Part shown: positions 1 through 37,451 of the stretch, piece by piece
Layout: each line of letters begins with the position of its first letter
Position numbering within the stretch: the first letter of the stretch is position 1
Origin: Flaccisagitta enflata
Lineage: Eukaryota
Assembly (NCBI GenBank): GCA_965153355.1
Contig: OZ231126.1
Location: 43,958,001 to 44,022,000, forward strand
Direction: 5' to 3'
DNA: 64,000 nucleotides
Notes under the pieces: model-generated
What the model was told of the DNA's origin: nothing
The model's input: the letters and a program-made list of their open reading frames with translations, nothing else
Databases searched by the model: none
Position numbers and translations under genes: made by a program

Positions 1-225
1 TGGATCACCGAGACGAGACCAACTCCTCCTCCGCGAGAGTCCCGGCTTCCCGATGGCCGACTTGAGGGAAACGTCTCGTGGCGGACAAGGTTCCAGCACA
101 ACTTCGTTGCCGATTTCAGAGTTGTAACGCCGACGCTTGCTTAAACAATTTGAAGTTCTAATCGACCCTACTTGCCGAGGACCTTGGCCCCAATCCAACC
201 CACGACTCAAACCCCCGAAATACGT
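1..225 (-). CDS. Possible internal exon of a third gene running off the window edge (product unknown)
   Basis: GC-rich island in AT-rich DNA. The minus-strand frame is open from a TTAG acceptor near 226 (or an alternative near 158) to the edge: ...TSNCLSKRRRYNSEIGNEVVLEPCPPRDVSLKSAIGKPGLSRRRSWSRLGDP. No recognisable domain. Confidence 0.35.
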
Positions 226-1039
226 CTAAGCTATATGAAAGTTGGACAACATTAATTACTCCTCACTAGAATTTCTATTTCATTGAATTTTAGCAAAAAC
301 AAGCGTCGAATTTTTGGGAAAATCCGCTTCCCCAGTTATTATACAGTCAGTGGAAAAAACATGATAGGTATATAATATACTATATATATAATAGGTGGAA
401 CAATATCCCTCACTATATTAAAACTGAAAAATATAGAAGAGGACCTTGTAAGCCTCCACAAATATTATACTGTTAGCCTGAAACCAATTTACTAATAATA
501 AACAAAATGCTTTATACAAAAACTGATGGTTGAAGCAGTAGTTGGCAATAATATTTTGTTTATAACCAGTAAATTAAATTAAAATAAAAAACATGATAGG
601 GGTGCTATATAAGAAATATGTTAGCCAACACTTCCAAAAGCTAAAGAGAGATATCTCAACTTCTCATTTAATTAAATAAACAAAATTTATAAGCTATTTA
701 AAATACGTCAAAAAACCTACAACCCGAGTCCAATCTCCTCTTTGTGCATCAAACCACTTAAAAATGCCATTAAGTATTAGTTGATCATGTACTTTCAAAA
801 ATGACAAAAAAATAAGTTGTCTTTTTTCTCTTACCCTTCTATCTTTAAAATGCTCTCAAATTTCACCATGAAATGTAATAAACAAATCAAACTTGCGATA
901 CTTAAATTGGATTGAAGATTATTTTCTCTTTTATTCTAGTTAATACAAATACTAAAATAACCAAAAACAATCAAGTACATAAGTTTTGAGCATATAAGAG
1001 GGGAAAACACACTATCAACCATAAGTGTAACCAAACTTT

Positions 1040-1292
1040 TTAAATACGTCCGTCAGGAACGCATCTCTATAAGAGGGTCTGTCCGTCCATCAGTCTCTTA
1101 CGCCTGTGCAAAAAATGCATTTCTCGGCTGTTTTTGGTCACGATGAGATCTTACTCTGAAACAAATGATCAACCAACATGTTTTGAGTCTTTTCACCTGT
1201 CTGTTCGTCCGTCTGTCTCTCCATTTATATATCACATGATCAATACACGCTGAAACACAGCTTGAACACATCGTTGTCTAGTCAGGCTTGTT
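1040..1292 (-). mobile_element. HINE-like family B copy (GATGCG/CGCATC hairpin type), degenerate
   Basis: ...cgcatctctataagagggtctgtccgtcc...ggcttgtt; related to copies at 19797-20040, 26940-27058, 32180-32306 and 63640-63770. Confidence 0.6.
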
Positions 1293-1405
1293 TTCCTATA
1301 AAGTACCTATTATGGTTTGTCCACTGACTGTTAATATGTTTCATAATGTCCCATTTATATCTTTCGAAACCATTTCAGTAAACTAGTCTCGATTTCGCGT
1401 CTTTT

Positions 1406-1591
1406 AGTCGCGTGTACGCGACTCTACAACCCGCTTTGTCTGTCCAACTGTCCGTCGGTCGGTCGGTCACATTTTGATTTTAAGATATTATTGGTTTGAC
1501 CTCACTGCACCTGCCCAAATGGTCTAGTGACCTCAAATGTAGCCCCTGCCCACCCGCACGCGACTTCGGTAGCCGTGTATCCGGCCTTGTT
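1406..1591 (-). mobile_element. HINE-like family A copy
   Basis: Hairpin agtcgcgtgtacgcgact (1406-1423), (gtcg)n microsatellite, sub-terminal gcacgcgact (1556-1565), head ccgtgtatccggccttgtt; flanked by T runs. Confidence 0.85.
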
Positions 1592-2709
1592 CTCTTGCAA
1601 TTGTACGTCATAAAATCAACATCGGGCCCTACCTGACCTTTTCTACTTTTTAATTGTTTCTCTCATTTACGTATACTCCGCTACTGTCGTTGAATGTAAC
1701 AGGGAAATACTCGCCAAATTGGAATCAGGTTTATTGTTGAAATATACCGACAATACGTTTCGAAATAGGATTCAAAGATTACAAAAATCTCAAAAGAGAA
1801 ACATATATAAGGTAGATCACCAAGAAAAGTATGTTTTAACATGTAAGGTTTCCGAGAATGTGTGTGCAATGCTACAAAAATATCTAGTAAAACTAGCTAA
1901 CCGAATTGACGCGAGGACAGTTGCGCGGGAAGCTTGACGAAGAAGCGTATAACAATTTTAGGGTGACATAAATAACAACATTGAGCCCCGGGAAAAAAAA
2001 GCGCGGCGAAAGATAAAAAAACTTAAGCTCGACGGAGCGGAAAGGGGTGGTATTTATTTCGAGACACATAGACAATCAACTATCAAGAGCTAGAAGTGTC
2101 GTGAGAGAACATTCCTAATCTCCAACGCTTTCATCCTTAGGGGAGAAATTTGAAAGCTTGTTACCCAACTCGCAACCTCTTGTTTTGAATTTTGGAGGTG
2201 CCAAAAGAGAAAACGATTTGGAATTGGATAGAGAGAGGAAGCCAGGTGGTACACAAAAACATGATTCCGCTGAAGATGTGCGCTCAGTGTGATTTATCTA
2301 TCAGCCAAACACAACTCCTAAACCTCAATTTCTAATCCTATTTCATACAGTTCGATGGGAGCAAAGACGACCTAGATTGGAGAATAGATTTTACATATCT
2401 TCTTTTATTTATAGAAAATTTAAGATCTATTATATAAAGGTACTTTATTAAGTAAAAATATTTTCTTCTCTCAAATTTTGATTTGTGACTTGACCTTGTT
2501 AAAACTTTTGTTTAATACAGATCTTAAATTTTTTATATATCAAATGAAATTAAAATACCTGGGTCTTAGCTCCCATTGTACTGTACTCAAAACTAGATTT
2601 GTGGAAATTTATCTATCCTTTTTGTTAAGAATGTGCGTGCCAATTCATGAATTTTGCTAAAACTTTATTATGTTTTCATACAAAATATAAACTGAAGATA
2701 GAATTTTTT

Positions 2710-3150
2710 GTCGCGTGGACGCGACATTATGACCCGCTCTGTCCGTCGGTCAGTCGGATTGTCAATGACACTTTGCATTTTTGAGTCATTTTAGAATTTA
2801 GATTACTTTGAGTCAGTTTTCATTCATTTAAGTCACAATTTTTTTCAAAATTTTTGTCCTTCACATCATTTTAAGTCATTCAAAGTCAATTCAAGTCATT
2901 TCTTTTTCATTTTCGTCCTTTCGCCCTTTCGTCTTTTCGTCACTTTGTCTTTTTGGTCAATTCAGTCATTTTAGGTCGCTTTAAGTCATTTTGTTACTTC
3001 AAGTCATTTTCGGTTAATGTAAGAAATATCAGTCATCTCAATCAAGTCAATATAATCATTCAAGTCACTTGAGTCATTTTAGTCATTAGTAGTAGTGACT
3101 TTTTGTCATCTTAGTCATTCTAGTTACTTAGGTTATTCAAATCATCTAGG
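2710..3150 (-). mobile_element. HINE-like family A copy with degenerate AAGTCATTTT core
   Basis: gtcgcgtggacgcgac hairpin, gtccgtcggtcagtc microsatellite, then many ~10-bp (a)agtcatt(t) repeats. Confidence 0.7.
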
Positions 3151-3799
3151 TCGAAGGAGCCGATTGAGCCGATTAAGTCTATAAAATTGATTTAGTTGAT
3201 AAAATTAAAATAGGATTGGCTTACTCCGTGTTGTGCGAGCGGGGTGTAAATATACTAATGGCAATAAGTATGTGAAGCAACAAACCAACCATGACTGATA
3301 GTGACAGCCAAAGAGTAGGACATTCATCATCTAACAAAGAAATGAATGACGAAAAGACTCCCGTTAGAAATATTAGAATTCCATCCAACGGCTACAAAGC
3401 TGTACGAGATTTACTTCTTCAGATATGGAATCAAAATAACAAATTTACTCATACGAAAGACATCACAGTTGTAATAATATACCCTTTGACCCCGACAATA
3501 ACTGACGAAATAAATCGGTGCAAATGGTGGGGGATAGGAGGTTGACAAAGGTGGATGATTGACCAATTTGCGCAACGACTTTCGATAGAAAATACACACT
3601 GACGTGCGATGTAATCGATTCAAAGTGATCCGATATACTCAAAAAGAAGACGCGTGTACCGTTTGGATACTTCAGATAGCAAAATTTGGGAGTATTCATT
3701 CATCCTACATACAAAATTAAAGACCGATTTTATCTTAAGTCCTTCAGTTTTTTTTCTTGAGCCCTGAAATCATCTGAAAAATTCAATCAGCATAAAACA

Positions 3800-4024
3800 A
3801 GGACAACCCTTTACAGTCGCGTGCGGTTGTTAAGACCATTAGACCAAAAGACTAAAAGACCAAAAGACAAAGAGACTAAATTTAAATTGACTTAAATTAA
3901 CTTTGAATACCTTAAAATGACTTAAAATAGCAAAAAACGCCAAAAAAAGCTAAGCGTGACCGACCGACCGACCGACGGACGGACCGACGGACAGAGCGGG
4001 TTGTAGAGTCGCGTGCACGCGACT
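3800..4024 (+). mobile_element. HINE-like family A copy
   Basis: 5' key agtcgcgtgc, aaatgactt core remnants, (gacc/gacg)n, and 3' agagtcgcgtgcacgcgact followed by an A run. Confidence 0.8.
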
Positions 4025-4625
4025 AAAAATTCTATACACAGTTTTATAACTGAAAGAATACATATTTGTTTTCAAAAATTGTAGTATTTTTAGGAATATT
4101 CTTATTTCTTAGTCACAAAACACAAACTGTAGAAGCAAACCATTTTATAAAAGAAAGAATGAATAATAACTATTTCTTAAAACATTAGCATAATGATTTA
4201 TCACACCGCAATATGTAAATTAGGTCTTACAAAAAAATTATTAAATGAATAAAAAAATCATTTTCCTAAAAAAAAAATGAATGAAAAAATAGTAAAAATC
4301 CTTAATCAAACCACTCCAAAAGTCGAGGTAGAAAGAAATTCCGAATTTGTGCTAAGTGAAGCATCATGACGGGAGACCAGAAACAATTTATATCACATAT
4401 CGCGAGAATCAATTCGGCACCATGGTCCAATTTGCGGTCCGCTGGGATCAATTCCAAAAGGAAATCTTGAACGAAAGGAAAGTTTGCTCGGTAAGCAAGC
4501 ATTTGACCAACTGAACGTGATATGAACAATTTGAACATTGAACAATGTCACGACGTCGATTTAGAAAGAATTCTCGTGGCGAAAAGAGAGGTGATATAAT
4601 TATTAATTAATAATAGACACCTCCT

Positions 4626-30237
<25,612 letters not shown>

Positions 30238-32953
30238 AGTTTGTCCGGGATGGCCAAGGGGTGCCGCCCGGCGACCCGCTACTTTTTGACGTAAAGGGGA
30301 CCTCTCGAATGTTAATCAACGAGCGGCAAAGACTGCCAAAACGATTCAGTTTCGTCTTCAGATGGCGGAGCACACAATCTTGTGCTCTTTACATATTCAT
30401 CGCCTGATTATGATTTAGGGGACAACATCCCTTCTAACAACCTACGTGGAAAAATACAATCGCATCATGATACAGTTGGATGCTTCGCATAGCAAAAGTT
30501 GGTTATTTCTTTTCGCCCTCTTTACCTAATACGGAGTGACTGATTTTAGAACCCTTACCATTTTAGTTTTATCAAAAATCGTTTTTTAGAAAATTGCTTT
30601 TAAGGACCTAATTTGCATAATGCAGTGGGATAGAACAATATGGTGATTTTCACTGACAGACTCTTGGCTAAGACGGAAAAAATCGCAATTTCTAACATGA
30701 TTTAAATCGCTATTTCCTTTCTTATATAATCAATAGTGTGTCTGAGGGGTCCAAATCCATAATCAGCCAATCTTAATGGGCCCTCGATTTTTGTTTCGCA
30801 TTCACAATAGTATTGTAAAGGTTTGAGCCTTATTTGCATAAATTTGGAATTTTTACAATATTTCATATTTTGCTTGAAAGCTCTTTTGCCAACCTCCCAG
30901 GGGCTATACCTTCTCATCATGACCGATTAACATGATCTGAGCCCATTTTGCAACTCATAAAATCATTTTTTTCGTCTTTGGCGCAAAATGTTGAATAATT
31001 TGATTGTCCAAAATTCAAATTTTCCTTTCTCGTCTGCCAAAATTAGGGAAAAAGCGATGATTTCTGTTGTCATCTCATTGCCCTACATCTTTTGCAACAA
31101 TCGAGAGGCAAAATTCGTTATGAGAGATGAAAAAGGCATTTACAGGGAAGAGATAAGTCAACACGGACACAGTTGGGACAATAAGAAATGTTTAATAATT
31201 TGATTGTCCGAAATTCAATTTTTTGTTCTAAAACTGGTTTAGCTCAGTCCAAAGTTGTTTAATGATGTCTACCGCTTACCACATACTTCATTGATCGAAA
31301 AAGGGTGTAAATAGTGCCACTCATTCTATTCAATAAATGGAAATTCAGACGTCTTGGACTTTTCGCCATATTTACGCTGATTTTTGTCATTTTTCCTTCT
31401 TCTTATTACAGGGGTTACCAGAGTGACGTAATGAACTTCTTGTTGCATTCATGATGTCAAATGATTGACAAATGGTTCAAGATTATAATCTTAATGACTG
31501 AAACACCTGAAGATGTAATGAATTTACTTAATCGATCAAAAAAGCCCCTATTACATATTTGTTACATGATGATTATGGTTCGAGACATAATTAAAAACCA
31601 ACAAAATTTTTTATGACAAGCGTCATTTGGTTTTTTTTCCTCATGAATCCTCTCATCCCATCCTAACCTCACTTAAGAATGAAAAGATAAAACATTTTTT
31701 TCAAATTGTAAAGCATATCTGACCAAAAACGAAATGATCATAGTGAAAATTGGTCCTAGGAGTTTGACAGTGAGAATCACCATATGCTGACATTGTTTGA
31801 ATCAGCTTTCATAATTTTCTCCTCTTCATAGAATTGCAATTCTGCTTATTCATTTGCACTTTCAAAACTTAAGTTCTGATATTTTAGTTTATTTTTTCAT
31901 ACATCATAATTTTTTAAAACAAATAATTGTCCTTTTTGCAACAAAACTACACAGGATTTTGCTGAATTCTGGGAAATCAATTGAAATTTTAAGGCCAAAA
32001 CAAAAACGGAAGATGAAGGAATTTTGAAAAAAGGAAAATGGTCATCTTCATGATTTTTGCTCCTCCAAATACCTAAGTAGGGTGAAGGAATACTCCCAAC
32101 TTTTGCTATGTGAAGCACCCAAATGATACAGCGGCCCTTACGAGAAGGCCGACTTCACTGCCGACGTATGTTCTCCTGTTTAGATGCGTCCTCGCATCTC
32201 TTTAAGAGGGCGTATCCGTAGGTAGGTCCGTAACGCGAAAATTTCTCGACGCGATTTTGAAGGGTTATTGAAAGAGGACACTCCTATTGGACATCTCTTG
32301 GCCTTATTTTTCTACTTGTGATTGCCTACCCCAATCCTATCCTTTCGATTATATTGATTGTACACGCCTGATTCTTCATATTTATTGCTTATCAACAAGG
32401 CCCACAGCACGGCTACCCCAGACGCATGAGGGTGGGCAGGGGCAATGAAATGAAAGAGTCGGTCAGCAAGGCAAAAAGCTCAATAACGCCAAAAACTAAA
32501 CGGGAAACGGACAGACCGACAAAGCGGGGTAAAGAGTAGCACAACACGCGACCAATAACTTCGCGCACTCATACACGACCGAGACAACGGCACAAACGTT
32601 AAATTGAAGTAATTTTCCTTTTTCATATAACAAACATTGAAAGGAAGAAATTGGTTCATGATGGTTCGGGATTGACGATTTCCTGTTTCTTGAAACTCTG
32701 GCGAAGGGTTGAGGTACATACCACACCTTAAACAAATGCCACTGATCAACGAGACGCTCAGTTCAGACAGCGGTAGCCTGTCACAGAAAGTTAATGGTAG
32801 GACACTGATATTGCTTATGGCGCATCTGTAATATACATAGATCATTTAGAAAAGGCTCAAAATATCAACCAAAACAAACATGTTAAAAAACACATTAACT
32901 CACTTTTAAAATTATCACTTTGATTTTTTGTAGCAGATGCCTTAAAGCTTCTC

Positions 32954-33179
32954 AGTTACGGACAGGTAACTCTATAAGAAGCTTTGTCCGTCGGTCGGTC
33001 CGTCCGTTTGTCCATCGGACCGTCAATTGGTCCGTAGTAGTCGAGTCCAAAAGTGGAAAATGAGCGTTTTGGATACTTTTTTGTATGTTTGGGTATCGAG
33101 TGGGGTTTAGGGTGTGGATGGGGGTTGGATGTCCCTGCCCACCCATCCGCAACGTTATTGGGAACCCGCGTCACTTGTT
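32954..33179 (-). mobile_element. HINE-like family A2 copy
   Basis: agttacggacaggtaactctataag...cccatccgcaac...cccgcgtcacttgtt. Confidence 0.8.
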
Positions 33180-34820
33180 CTGAAAATGAAGGGAAGAAAG
33201 AGCAAGTCAAAATAAATAACGGACGCGATTGCAAAAACATGAACAAAAACAAGAAAGAATCGGTAGTTTTTTTCTCCAAAAGAATAATGTAAATGTAAAG
33301 ACAGGCACAATTGGGAATCACAGAAGACGAGGGGAGGAGGAAGAGAAATAACGATTTAAAGTTCACCACCAACGTCTTCCGATCAAGCAACATGGAGACA
33401 TTTTCTCGTCGTAATGTGAGTACACCTTTTATTTAATAAAAACCTAGTTTATAAGAACATCAAAGCTTTGAATCGCCTCAAAATTAAGAACATAAATATA
33501 AAGGCTTCAAATTAAAAAAAAAATTCTCTTAGGGCAATATCTAGAAAATATCGATAAAACACTTGAATTTTAATAAAATCAAAACAATTTTTTTATTATT
33601 TCTAATATAAATACTACAAAAGTATTCCCAAATTTTATTGTTTCCCATTTGTTTTAATAGTAATTAATAGAAATATATCTTGTATAATTTTAAAAAAGCA
33701 CATTATATAATTTTTTATAGTTTTAGTATTTTGGATTAAAAAAAGAACGCTTTAAAAACATTAAAAGCTTCATTTGGCCTCAAAAATAAAATCATGAAAA
33801 CTTCCGAAAAAATGACGTTCTTATAAAAAAATGCGTGAAAAGGATCCAACTTTGAACCTTCAACCTACTACATACTGACTCCTGCAAATCGCAGTTGGAT
33901 GACAACTGACTTCGGTTCCGAAGTTAGGGTAGTGTCCCGGTCAGTAGGTCGATGCCGAAGCTGAATCTTCGACTCACTACCTACAGGACATCGGCCCTTT
34001 GGGACCGCTGCCCTGCTCCCACTCCACTTCTTCAGCTGATCACTCCAAGCGGGGCATCGGGTACCGCTGACCATGTGCGATCCTTGGATGACTTGTTGTC
34101 TCTCTGACTGTCGGTCGATCTGTATCTCTCTGGCCTGGTGACGAGAACTACGCCTTTATCATCAAGGCCAGATACACGCTACCCCAGTCGCGTGCGGGTG
34201 GGCAGGGCGGATTTGAGGTCAGGAGGGCTGATTTGAGGTCAGGAGGGCTGATTTGAGGTCTTGAGGGCAGATGTGAGGTACGGAGAGCTGCCTTGAGCTC
34301 TTAAAGGCTAAATAGAGGTCGGAAAGGGTTAATTTGAGGGCTCAGATGGCCAAAATCAGGCCTGAGACTGCAGACTTGAGGCTTCAATGGCTAAGGGGGG
34401 TATGGAAGGACGGAGGGGAGGGACGGACGGGCCGTCTCGAAATTCCCCCCTGTGTCCTACAGGACATCAGCCCTTTGGGGCCGCTGCCCAAAAAGCTCTT
34501 AAACGCCGAAAAAGTAACAGTCGCAAAAGTGCAGCCTAAGTAGATTGTGCCTGAAGCTGAAGGGGAAGCAGGGCAGCGGCTCTGAAGGGATCGATGACCT
34601 AAGCTTTCACACATATGGGGACTTTTCTTTTTGGGCAGCGGCCCCGAAGGAGCCGATGACCTATGCTTTTCACATATGGGAAACCTTCTCCTCCTCCTCC
34701 TCCTCCTCCTCCTCCTCCTCCCCCCCTGACTTCTAAGCCTAAATTTCAACCTCCTACTCAAATCCCAGCGTTAGGCCTCATATCTAAGCCTCAAGGTTCC
34801 ATTCTCAGTGTCATGGCACT

Positions 34821-36270
34821 AATCCCAGCCTCCAGGCTCAAATCCCAGCCTCCAGGCTCAAATCCCAGCCTCCAGGCTCAAATCCCAGCCTCCAGGCTCA
34901 AATCCCAGCCTCCAGGCTCAAATCCCAGCCTCCAGGCTCAAATCCCAGCCTCCAGGCTCAAATCCCAGCCTCCAGGCTCAAATCCCAGCCTCCAGGCTCA
35001 AATCCCAGCCTCCAGGCTCAAATCCCAGCCTCCAGGCTCAAATCCCAGCCTCCAGGCTCAAATCCCAGCCTCCAGGCTCAAATCCCAGCCTCCAGGCTCA
35101 AATCCCAGCCTCCAGGCTCAAATCCCAGCCTCCAGGCTCAAATCCCAGCCTCCAGGCTCAAATCCCAGCCTCCAGGCTCAAATCCCAGCCTCCAGGCTCA
35201 AATCCCAGCCTCCAGGCTCAAATCCCAGCCTCCAGGCTCAAATCCCAGCCTCCAGGCTCAAATCCCAGCCTCCAGGCTCAAATCCCAGCCTCCAGGCTCA
35301 AATCCCAGCCTCCAGGCTCAAATCCCAGCCTCCAGGCTCAAATCCCAGCCTCCAGGCTCAAATCCCAGCCTCCAGGCTCAAATCCCAGCCTCCAGGCTCA
35401 AATCCCAGCCTCCAGGCTCAAATCCCAGCCTCCAGGCTCAAATCCCAGCCTCCAGGCTCAAATCCCAGCCTCCAGGCTCAAATCCCAGCCTCCAGGCTCA
35501 AATCCCAGCCTCCAGGCTCAAATCCCAGCCTCCAGGCTCAAATCCCAGCCTCCAGGCTCAAATCCCAGCCTCCAGGCTCAAATCCCAGCCTCCAGGCTCA
35601 ATTCCCAGCCTCCAGGCTCAAATCCCAGCCTCCAGGCTCAAATCCCAGCCTCCAGGCTCAAATCCCAGCCTCCAGGCTCAAATCCCAGCCTCCAGGCTCA
35701 AATCCCAGCCTCCAGGCTCAAATCCCAGCCTCCAGGCTCAAATCCCAGCCTCCAGGCTCAAATCCCAGCCTCCAGGCTCAAATCCCAGCCTCCAGGCTCA
35801 AATCCCAGCCTCCAGGCTCAAATCCCAGCCTCCAGGCTCAAATCCCAGCCTCCAGGCTCAAATCCCAGCCTCCAGGCTCAAATCCCAGCCTCCAGGCTCA
35901 AATCCCAGCCTCCAGGCTCAAATCCCAGCCTCCAGGCTCAAATCCCAGCCTCCAGGCTCAAATCCCAGCCTCCAGGCTCAAATCCCAGCCTCCAGGCTCA
36001 AATCCCAGCCTCCAGGCTCAAATCCCAGCCTCCAGGCTCAAATCCCAGCCTCCAGGCTCAAATCCCAGCCTCCAGGCTCAAATCCCAGCCTCCAGGCTCA
36101 ACTCCCAGCCTCCAGGCTCAAATCCCAGCCTCCAGGCTCAAATCCCAGCCTCCAGGCTCAAATCCCAGCCTCCAGGCTCAAATCCCAGCCTCCAGGCTCA
36201 AATCCCAGCCTCCAGGCTCAAATCCCAGCCTCCAGGCTCAAATCCCAGCCTCCAGGCTCAAATCCCAGCC
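34821..36270 (+). repeat. 20-bp tandem array (AATCCCAGCCTCCAGGCTCA) x72 inside a family C element
   Basis: 1440 bp / 20; only two variant units seen (35601, 36101). Flanked by family C ends (ttttgggcagcggccccgaagg at ~34629; ggggccgctgcccc...gggtactgctgacc at ~36506-36570). Confidence 0.98.
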
Positions 36271-36702
36271 ACTAGGCTCCAATTTTAGCCTTGAGACTCC
36301 AATCCCAGCCTCCAGGCTCCAATCCCAGCCCTAAAGCCCGAATACCAGTGCCAGGGCTCCAATCCCAGCCTCAAGGCTCCAACCCCAGCTCTGAGGCTCC
36401 GCATCATGGCTCCAATTACAACCTCATGGCTCCCATCCCTTCCTTGGGGCTAAAATCCCGCCTGAATACTCAATTTCTAGCCAAGCATAGGTCATCGGCT
36501 TCTTTGGGGCCGCTGCCCCTGTCACCTTCACATCTAACATTCACTAAGGGGCAACGGGTACTGCTGACCATTGACGCTTGTGCGACTATTCTCTTCTTCC
36601 TCCTCCTCCTCCATCCCTACCCCCTCAAATCCCAGCCTTGAGGCCAAAATTCCAGTCTTGAGGCCAAAATCGCAGCCTTGAGGCCAAAATCCTAGCCTCA
36701 TG

Positions 36703-37451
36703 CAGCTGGGTATCCTACGATTCTAAGAAACCTAGGATTCTGGGTTAGAAAGCTTACGTTTCTAGGTTTCCTAGCTGATTTTACAAAGGGAAAGTAAGTC
36801 TTTTCATCATAACCCAAAAAGCGCTGCTCCGATTTTTCTCCATTCTTGGGTGATTGTCCATGATGGCACAACATCCAGATGCCATAAAAGAATAGCATCG
36901 CCACTCCGCTGTAAATAGATTAAAGATGTGAATGAAAAAATCCTACCTACGTTTCTTAGGTTTCTAGGTTTTCTAGGAAAATGTTGCTTATGTTTCTTAG
37001 AATTCTAGATTTCCAAGGATTTAGAATATCAGCAAGAATAGAAATTTTTTCTTCTTTGTACATCTGTTGCTCCTTTCATTGGTTGATTCACTTTTTTGTT
37101 AGAAAAGATTTTCATTTTCACTGACATTGTTAGTCTTGGAAAACCTAGAATTCTAAGAAACCTATGCAAAATCTTCTTAGAAAACATAGAAACGTAAGAA
37201 ACCTAGGTAAAAATTTTTCTTTCACTTTTTCCACCAACTTAGAGTAGAGTGGCGACGCTATTATTCTACGGCATCAGGATGTCTTCCCGTTGTTAGTAAC
37301 CACCCAAAAAATTAGGAAAATTGAAGGGGCGCTTTCTGGATTAAAATGAGAAAAACTCAATTTCCCATTGTAAAGTTGGTTAGGAAACTTAGAATCCTAA
37401 GCTTTCTAACCCAGATTCCTACGTTTCTTAGAATCGTAGGAAACTCAGCTG
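36703..37451. mobile_element. Fold-back MITE with CAGCTG termini and 5-bp TSD (TCATG)
   Basis: cagctgggtatcctacgattctaagaaac... / ...gtttcttagaatcgtaggaaactcagctg; TCATG at 36698-36702 and 37452-37456; arms pair over ~300 bp. Confidence 0.88.

Noticed and set aside
34821-36270. CRISPR-like array (also 11578-12308)
   Set aside because: Units are contiguous with no unique spacers, there are no cas genes, and the context is eukaryotic.
34663-36288. 541-aa ORF of repeating QAQIPASRLKSQPPGSNPSL
   Set aside because: It is the read-through of a 20-bp non-triplet array that happens to lack stops, inside a mobile element; no gene context.
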